DNA of 64,000 bases from Eledone cirrhosa (lineage: Eukaryota): NCBI GenBank assembly GCA_964016885.1, contig CAXHJY010001543.1, forward strand, positions 29,819 through 93,818, written 5' to 3'. Below are positions 55,598 through 64,000 of the stretch, piece after piece; positions within the stretch are counted from its first letter, which is position 1; every line of letters begins with the position of its first letter. A program made the translations under genes and the position numbers. The notes under the pieces are model-generated. The model saw only the letters and a program-made list of their open reading frames with translations. It had not been told where the DNA came from and ran no database searches.

Positions 55598-55630
<33 letters not shown>

Positions 55631-55822
55631 TCTCTCACCTCACACACACACACACTCACACACTCTCTTTCTCTCCCACCCTCACTCTCACTGTCACTAT
55701 CCCTTTCTTTCTCGCACTCTCACTCAATCTCTCTCTCACTCAACCGCCTCCTCTCTCTCTCTCTCTTTCTATCACTCAATCACAGTGAGTGGAAAGATGA
55801 GAAAGAAGAGAGAGCAAAAGTA

Positions 55823-55854
<32 letters not shown>

Positions 55855-56284
55855 GCAGCAGCAGCAGCAGCAATACACACACTAAAAAATAACGAAATTA
55901 GATGTAGAAAAAAATAATTAAAAAAAAATTTGAAAAAAATAGATAAAATACAGTAAAAAGAAAAGAAACACAAGACAGAAGAGAAATTATGAAAGAAGAA
56001 AGATGAAAAACGAAATAAATAAATAACAAAAATGTTATTATTATTACTATTATTATTATTATTAATATTAGAAGAAGAAGAAGAAGAAGAAGAAGAAGAA
56101 GAAGAAGAAGAAGAAGAAGAAGAAGAAGAAGAAGAAGAAGAAATACTTGAAGAAAGAAATGGAAAGGAAATCGAATTTATTAGAAAAGAATGTGTGTATA
56201 TATACATGTATGTGTATGAATATATATGTATGAATATATATATAAATATATATATAAATATATATATATATATTTATGTGTATG

Positions 56285-56601
<317 letters not shown>

Positions 56602-56612
56602 CATACACACAT

Positions 56613-56739
<127 letters not shown>

Positions 56740-56752
56740 CATACACACATAT

Positions 56753-56881
<129 letters not shown>

Positions 56882-56905
56882 TATATATATATATATGTGT
56901 GTATG

Positions 56906-57002
<97 letters not shown>

Positions 57003-57073
57003 ATATGTGTGTATGTATGTATATATATATATATATATATTTCTAAATTAGTAGATGAGAAAAAATTATGATG

Positions 57074-57185
<112 letters not shown>

Positions 57186-57504
57186 ACTGATTATAATAAC
57201 AATAAATCATAAAAGAGAATAAAGGAATATAGAAAAAGACAAATGAGTTGAAAAAAGAAAATACAGAAAAAAGTGTAGAAGTAAAGAAGGAGGTGGAGGA
57301 GAAGGGGGAGAGAGAAGGGAGAAAGTAAGGATGGAGCTGGGGGAGAGGGAAGAGAGAGAGAAGGAGAAAGAAAAGATGTGGAGAGGAGGGAGAAAGAAGG
57401 GACAAAAGATGATAAGAAAATATATAATCAAAAAAATATTTTTTTGTCTCCCAAATCTGTTATTCCTGTCAACATGTTTAGAGAGAAATATACATACTTG
57501 TGTA

Positions 57505-57608
<104 letters not shown>

Positions 57609-57701
57609 TGTACGTATATATGTATGTATATATGTATGTATATATGTATGTATATGTATGTGCGTATTTATATATGTGCATATATATATGCACACACACT
57701 C

Positions 57702-57747
<46 letters not shown>

Positions 57748-57819
57748 GAGTGTGTGTGCATATATATATGCACATATATACATACGCACATACATATACA
57801 TACATATATACATACATAT

Positions 57820-57882
<63 letters not shown>

Positions 57883-58173
57883 ATATATATATATATATAT
57901 AAAGATATTTATATGTAAACATGCATTAGTATAAATATATGGACAAATATATGAGTACGTATGCGCGCGTGCGTGTGTATGTGTGTACAGGCGTAGTACC
58001 TGTCAAAAATAATGAGGTTTCCTTGAGCTGGGTATGTAAGTGTAAGACCCGTGACGTTAACTTATGTACAGAGATATAGGAGAAAGCTCGGCTGATGGCA
58101 GAGGTAAGACGTAATTAGTTAACGAATAGTGGTAAGAGGGAAACCTCCTCTGAATATGTATGTATATATATAG

Positions 58174-58388
58174 AGAGATGTGAGAAAAACCACAGACCCT
58201 CCATCTCAACTCTACTTTTGAAAAGCAGAAGAACTGCGAAACCGGTAAAGGAACCAAATAAATATATATATTATTTTTTAAATAAGACTCCAGTTGCATT
58301 TTCCATTTCATCTTTTTTTCTTTATACTTTCACTCGTGTAGGACACCTCGGTTATTTTTCATTTTGTAAAAAAACCCTCACTTTCTAT
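58174..58388 (+). mobile_element. Small HHR element; U3-A8 hammerhead at 58215-58250
   Basis: Near-identical to 52405-52620. Confidence 0.8.
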
Positions 58389-59034
58389 ATATATATATAT
58401 ATATATATAAATTAATATTTGATGAACATTTACATGTTATAGTTGCAATTGACTAATAATATCGCTAGAGTGAAAAATCTTAATTCAACAACATAAGGTC
58501 TGCCTGTACGATCTAGAAAATAATAAATCAATACTCACAGACTCATATGGGCAAAAAGCCTATAACATGTAAATGTTCATCAAATATTAATTTATACTGC
58601 TCAGAAGCGATTCCTAGAGCTGAAATGATTGTAAATGACCTCTCTGAGTCTAAACTCTAAGCTATTTATATATATATATATATATTATTTGTTTGTCACT
58701 AGTTGGTTGCTTGTTATATCTGTGTTTGTCTGGTTTGTTTCATTAGAAGCGACAAACATAAATGAACTCCAACCAAGATTAAACAGAAATCATGAGTGGA
58801 ATAGCAACATCAGAACTAGTAATTAAGGACACGCAGACATACAAGAACCAAACTAATTAAGGACAAGATAAAGATATATGTATATACGTATATCTTTATC
58901 TTGTCCTTAATACAGGCGCTTGTTTAGGATCCCACACTCACCCCACACACGTGCGCGCATATATGTATATACGTATATGCGCGCACGTATGTGGGGGTGA
59001 GTGGGGTGTGTGTGCGTCTGTGTATGTGTATATG

Positions 59035-59400
59035 CAGCAATTACAGCAAAATGATGGGCCTAACAGTAAAGACCAGAAAACTGAGATCCCCTGTCAATGA
59101 CACACTACACCACCTTCAGCCTCCCCCAAACCTTTTTCTCAGTAGAACAGCAACAACTGATCATATCTTCATAATTCAAATACCGAGGAAGCCTAATTTC
59201 CTGTAACTGTACACAGGACGAGGTGATCCTAAACGGCCTTAGACAAGCGTCTGTATTTTGGGGAAGATCAGAATGAGGTTCTTTCAAAACAACCATCTCC
59301 AGTTTCCTATTAAGGTTCTTGTCTACCAGGCAGTCTGTGTTTTACCTCACCTGTGTATGTGTGAGACATGGATCACATAAAACCAACATATTAAGAAGAT
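59035..59400 (+). mobile_element. Decayed RTE/BovB-like LINE reverse-transcriptase remnant
   Basis: Translatable pieces MGLTV, FKYRGSLISCN, KVLVYQAVCV and CETW across frameshifts. Confidence 0.65.
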
Positions 59401-59769
59401 ATATTTACAATAGCCACACATATCTCCATCTCACTTAACATTTGAAAATCATGAAACCGTATCACCTCATATCCCATCATTATCGTCAACACCAGGGCGG
59501 TGAATTGGCAGCATCGGTAGGGGGTTGGACACCATGCTTTGTAGCATAGTTACGTCCCTTTACAGTCTGAGTTCAAATCCCACCGAGGTTAACTTTGCCT
59601 TTCATCCTTACGGGGTCGATAAAATAGAGTATCAGTAATGTACTGGGTAATTGCTGGCCTTGTGCCTAAAGTAGAAACAATTATCGTCAACACATCCTCG
59701 CCACCACCACCACCACCACCATTATCAATAACACCATGACCATCAAGTGAAAGTTAAACTAAAGTGAAA

Positions 59770-59818
<49 letters not shown>

Positions 59819-59976
59819 AATAAAATTATCGAGAATCGGAACTTCGGCCCACGAAATAACGAAAAACATTCTTCAAAATGTGCGGCAAAGTGCTCAATGG
59901 TTCGGATAAACCAGAGCTATAACTAACGTTTAATACCAACACACTGAGGCGATGCTTAAACAATCATTCGCACAGC

Positions 59977-60026
<50 letters not shown>

Positions 60027-60165
60027 CATGTGTGTGTATGTATAGAGAGAGAGATATACATATATACACACACATATATATATATATAAATGTGTGTGTG
60101 TGTGTGTGTATGTGTGTGTGTGTGTGCGCGCGCGCGTGCATGTGTGTGTATGTATAGAGAGAGAG

Positions 60166-60209
<44 letters not shown>

Positions 60210-60716
60210 CATAGACATATATTAAAACCCTTTAATTTACACTTAACTTCTTAACATGTTTTCATTTCCTCCCTCATTTGATCTTTCACAAATATCTGCT
60301 CCCCGCATTATTTCACCAATATTTTAAACATATTATTATTTTAAATAATTAACATTTTATTTTTATTTTTAAAATTTATTTTCGATTTTAATATTTATTT
60401 AATTATATATTTTTATTTCGTATATTTTTTCCTTAAAAAATTCTCTTTGAAAACGAAAATAAAAACTATCTTTGTCGGAGATAGAACGCCGGATACAATG
60501 CTTTGAGGTATTTATTCTGACTCTCTGCTCTTTGAGTTCAAAACCCACCGAGATAAACTTTGCCTTTCATTCTTTCAAGGACGATAAAAAGTACCAGTCC
60601 AGTAATGAAGTTGATTCATTCTCTATATCTCTTACTCACTTTCTCTTTACCACTGTCTCTCTCTCTATATATATATCTATCTATCTCTATATCTATCTAT
60701 CTATCTATCTATCTAT

Positions 60717-62297
60717 CTGGAGGAGTACGAAAAGTTCACAGGGGCTAAGCTGAACCGGGACAAGTCGATCGGTTTGCAACTCGGCACGTGGAGGGGCAGA
60801 CCGATGCCCTCCGATAGCGTCGTCGGACGCTGGACGGAGGGCCCGGTGAAGTTGCTCGGGGTCTGGTTCGGACCGGACCTCCAGGTGGAGAAAAACTGGG
60901 CGGAGGTTACGAACAGGGTGTTTGCACTGACCCAGAAGTGGGCCAGTTGCAAACTATCCCTGAAAGGTCGGGCGGAGGTGGCGAACACCTACATAGCGTC
61001 CGTCATCTACTACCGCCTGACCGTAGTGCCCTGCCCAAGGGAAACCCTCACCAAGATGGAGCGCGCGCTCTTCCAATTCCTTTGGAAGAGGCGGGCTCCT
61101 ATGGTGAGGAGATCCATCTGCTGTCAACACCCTTCGAAAGGAGGGCTGGGGATGCCGTGGCTAATGATGCGTAAACACGCATTAAGGCTACGGCACCTCT
61201 ACGTATTCCTCACCGGACAACCGGTGTGGGCCTCGTTTGTGAGACGAACCTTTCCCAAACTCGTCTCACTCACCGAGCTGCAATCCTGGGTCAAGCAAAG
61301 ACCGAGAAAACTGGGCGCCTGGCACACTGAGTGTGCCCAGGCGCTCACCGCCCTCTGGCAGGCGGATCCGGTTATCAGTGGAGACTCCACCGCAACATTC
61401 TATAGAGGGCTGGTACGCAGCAGGTGCGACGACGCCCTCGGAGAAGCCCTAGACATGGAGGAGGACGAACTGGCCAGCCTGTTCGGTAGGACATTCAGCC
61501 CGGGACCTATGGACAACTTCCAGAAGTCCCTGGCCTGGCAGTGCTACCGAGGGGCTTTACCCGTTCGAGAAAGGCTCTACAGACACGGGCGCCCGGGTAG
61601 GGACCCCGCCAAAAAGATCTGTCCCAGATGCGTGTGCGACGAGGAAACCGTGGCACACGCATTAGTACACTGCTCGGGCGTAGCCGATCTGTGGGGCTAT
61701 GTCGAACAACTGCTGTCAAGGGTGGGACCGATCCGGTTGACCACCGAGTCGATTGTAATGATCAAGCCGCCTCCCCCCTTCAAAGATGAAGCAGAGGCGG
61801 TGTTTCTGTGCGTAATAGCCATGGCGAAAGAGGTTGTATGGTGGACGCGTCTGAAAGGACTGAGGTCGGGCACCTTTCTCTCTGGCCAACAACTGGTCCG
61901 TTTCTTCCGATATCATTTCGGAAGAAGGATCAGGATGGAGAGAGAGGTGCTGCACCCCAGCCGTTTCTATGAAAGATGGGTGAAAGTGGCGAGAATGGCC
62001 CGTGTGAATGGGCCTTCACTCTACATCAGACTATAGGTGAGGAAGATAAAAGACCAAGGGAGCACCCCTTCTCTGTGCTCCTGAGGAGAAGGGTTGCACA
62101 CTTTTTTCGGGGGTGTGTGCGACCCCCCAAGGCGCCTCCTCTCTATTGAGGATTTTGTTAAAAATTTTATTTTTTGTTATATCTTATTTTATTTTTATAT
62201 TTTGTTATTGCCTTCTCCTTATTGAGGACGCCTTTTTGTGTAAACTCCCCCCTTTGTACTTGTCCCACTTTTGATGCCCTAGTGGCAAATAAAAGAA
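60717..62297 (+). mobile_element. 5'-truncated L1/Tx1-clade LINE embedded in (TATC)n
   Basis: Reading frame open from LEEYEKFTGAKLNRDKS to the stop at 62036. The 3' UTR has AATAAA, and TATC repeats flank both sides. Confidence 0.92.
60774..62036 (+). CDS. LINE ORF2 C-terminal part (end of RT plus zf-RVT); uninterrupted but lacks its N-terminus
   Basis: VKLLGVWF, LSLKGRA, GGLGMP and CPRC..ETVAHAL..C motifs. Confidence 0.8.
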   Translation: MQLGTWRGRPMPSDSVVGRWTEGPVKLLGVWFGPDLQVEKNWAEVTNRVFALTQKWASCKLSLKGRAEVANTYIASVIYYRLTVVPCPRETLTKMERALFQFLWKRRAPMVRRSICCQHPSKGGLGMPWLMMRKHALRLRHLYVFLTGQPVWASFVRRTFPKLVSLTELQSWVKQRPRKLGAWHTECAQALTALWQADPVISGDSTATFYRGLVRSRCDDALGEALDMEEDELASLFGRTFSPGPMDNFQKSLAWQCYRGALPVRERLYRHGRPGRDPAKKICPRCVCDEETVAHALVHCSGVADLWGYVEQLLSRVGPIRLTTESIVMIKPPPPFKDEAEAVFLCVIAMAKEVVWWTRLKGLRSGTFLSGQQLVRFFRYHFGRRIRMEREVLHPSRFYERWVKVARMARVNGPSLYIRL

Positions 62298-62473
62298 ATA
62301 TATCTATCTATCTATCTATCTATCTATCTCTATTTATCAATCTACTTATCTACCTCTATTTATCAATCTACTTATCTACCTCTATTTATCAATCTACTTA
62401 TCTACCTCTATTTATCAATTTACTTATCTACCTCTATTTATCAATCTACTTATCTCTCTCTCATTTCTCCTCC

Positions 62474-62527
<54 letters not shown>

Positions 62528-62714
62528 GAGGGATAGGTTCCGCCATCTTTAAAATGTCCAAGACATGCTCCCCCTTCCCACTTCACCAGGTGTTATGGGT
62601 TTACACAATACTTGTCTGGCTTTTGATTTCTTGAAATTATATTATATTTATCAATATCACCCAACTTTTTCTCAATACGTCGTTCAATGTTTAGATTTCT
62701 TTAACGTATAGACA

Positions 62715-63005
62715 CAGGCGCAGCTGTATGTTTAAGGAGTTCGTTTATCTAACCACGACTACGTAACTTCGTATCCAATTCCATTGTGTGGCACCTTGGC
62801 CAAATGTTTTCCGCTATGGCCTCAGGTTCACCAATACCTTGAGATTGAAATTTTGTAGACAGAAACTGTGATATAAATATTCTGATTTGTTGTGTGTGCG
62901 AGCGCTTGTGAGTGCCTGTCGTTGCTTGTCTTTGATGTTAGTTTATGTACCCTAACTTGGCGGTTCGACAAAATGAGGTCGTTAAAATAAGTACCAGACT
63001 GTCAC
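62715..63005 (+). mobile_element. tRNA-SINE, second family
   Basis: Similar to 5948-6110; ends aaataagtaccagact. Confidence 0.6.
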
Positions 63006-63073
63006 GGGTCATATTTCAACTTGTCACCTCTCATTTGAATTATTTCCTTTCTTTTTCTGTAACACCTCTAAAT

Positions 63074-63143
<70 letters not shown>

Positions 63144-63195
63144 ACCCTCTCTCTCTCTCTCTGTATATATATATATATATATAATTATATATATA

Positions 63196-63770
63196 CTAGC
63201 AGCCGGTGCCTGGGTAGGTAAAATAATATCTGCTTTGATGAAAAGGTGTTGATCTTAGCGACTGTTTCTCGATGACTCATCTATGGCCACACACAAGCCA
63301 TGTGGGGGAGGGTGGTGATGACGTCTATCACTGAGAAACGCGGGTGACTGACGAAGGGGCATGCTGGGGGAGGGAGTTTCGAATTTGAACGAAATCGATT
63401 GAAAAATGTGGGAGCTAGAGCCGAAAAGGCAGAAATTTGAGCGAAAAGGTGGTATTTTCGAATATTTAAGCGGCTGCCACGCCGTCCCTGAACAACAAAT
63501 GCAAAATTAGAGGATGTGCAATGATAAATTCTATTTTGCTTTAAAATTTGAACGAAATCGGTGGCAAAATGTGGGAGCTAGAGCCAAAAATCTTATTTTT
63601 CGATACTTAAAAAAAGGTGACCCCTCCCCCTATCGATTTTTATCTGCAGAATGATCCCGGAATAAAAAAAAAACGATACGCTGATATATAGAAAACACTC
63701 CCCGATGACTAATCTATGAGCCTGTAAAGTTTCATGAAAATCGGTCGTAAGATGTAGGCCCCTATAGGTA

Positions 63771-63814
<44 letters not shown>

Positions 63815-63830
63815 TTAATTTTATATATAT
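63196..63830 (+). mobile_element. Non-autonomous Helitron-like element
   Basis: Starts ACTAGC. Contains a duplicated aatttgaacgaaatcg..aaaatgtgggagctagagcc and aagtttcatgaaaatcggtc, then (CA)n and ttttatatat. Confidence 0.5.
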
Positions 63831-64000
63831 ACATATATATATATATATAATGGAGGAGTGAAGAATAACACGGATAAGCTATACAGTAGGGTTTATTCCA
63901 GGTATTAACAAATATCTCATTGGCTCGGTGTGTCTAAAATTTGCTATCTGCGGTGTTTGCTTTGACATTCGATTTTAAGTAGTGTTAACACCAGCCAAGT

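Overview
AT-rich, microsatellite-saturated animal intergenic or intronic DNA. The SINE families and the (TA)n/(CA)n/(GATA)n load suggest an octopus-like cephalopod; this is inference. No intact host gene is visible, and nearly all listed ORFs are microsatellite artefacts. Recognisable parts are two 5'-truncated L1/Tx1-clade LINEs plus a 3'-end fragment (all in (GATA)n), an R4/Dong-like LINE fragment, RTE remnants, a 2.65-kb hAT (Buster/Charlie-type) element with a perfect 8-bp TSD, several MITEs, about 20 tRNA-derived SINEs and a histone H3 C-terminal fragment. The main hidden signal is about 29 type I hammerhead ribozyme (HHR) motifs read by eye, some degenerate, from several unrelated small non-coding families. 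They sit in (TA)n tracts as fold-back hairpins and as tandem arrays of 135-bp and 591-bp units, resembling retrozymes or non-autonomous Penelope-like elements. Two unrelated families carry a compensatory U3-A8 core in place of C3-G8. Coordinates were indexed by hand and ends may be off by a few nt.
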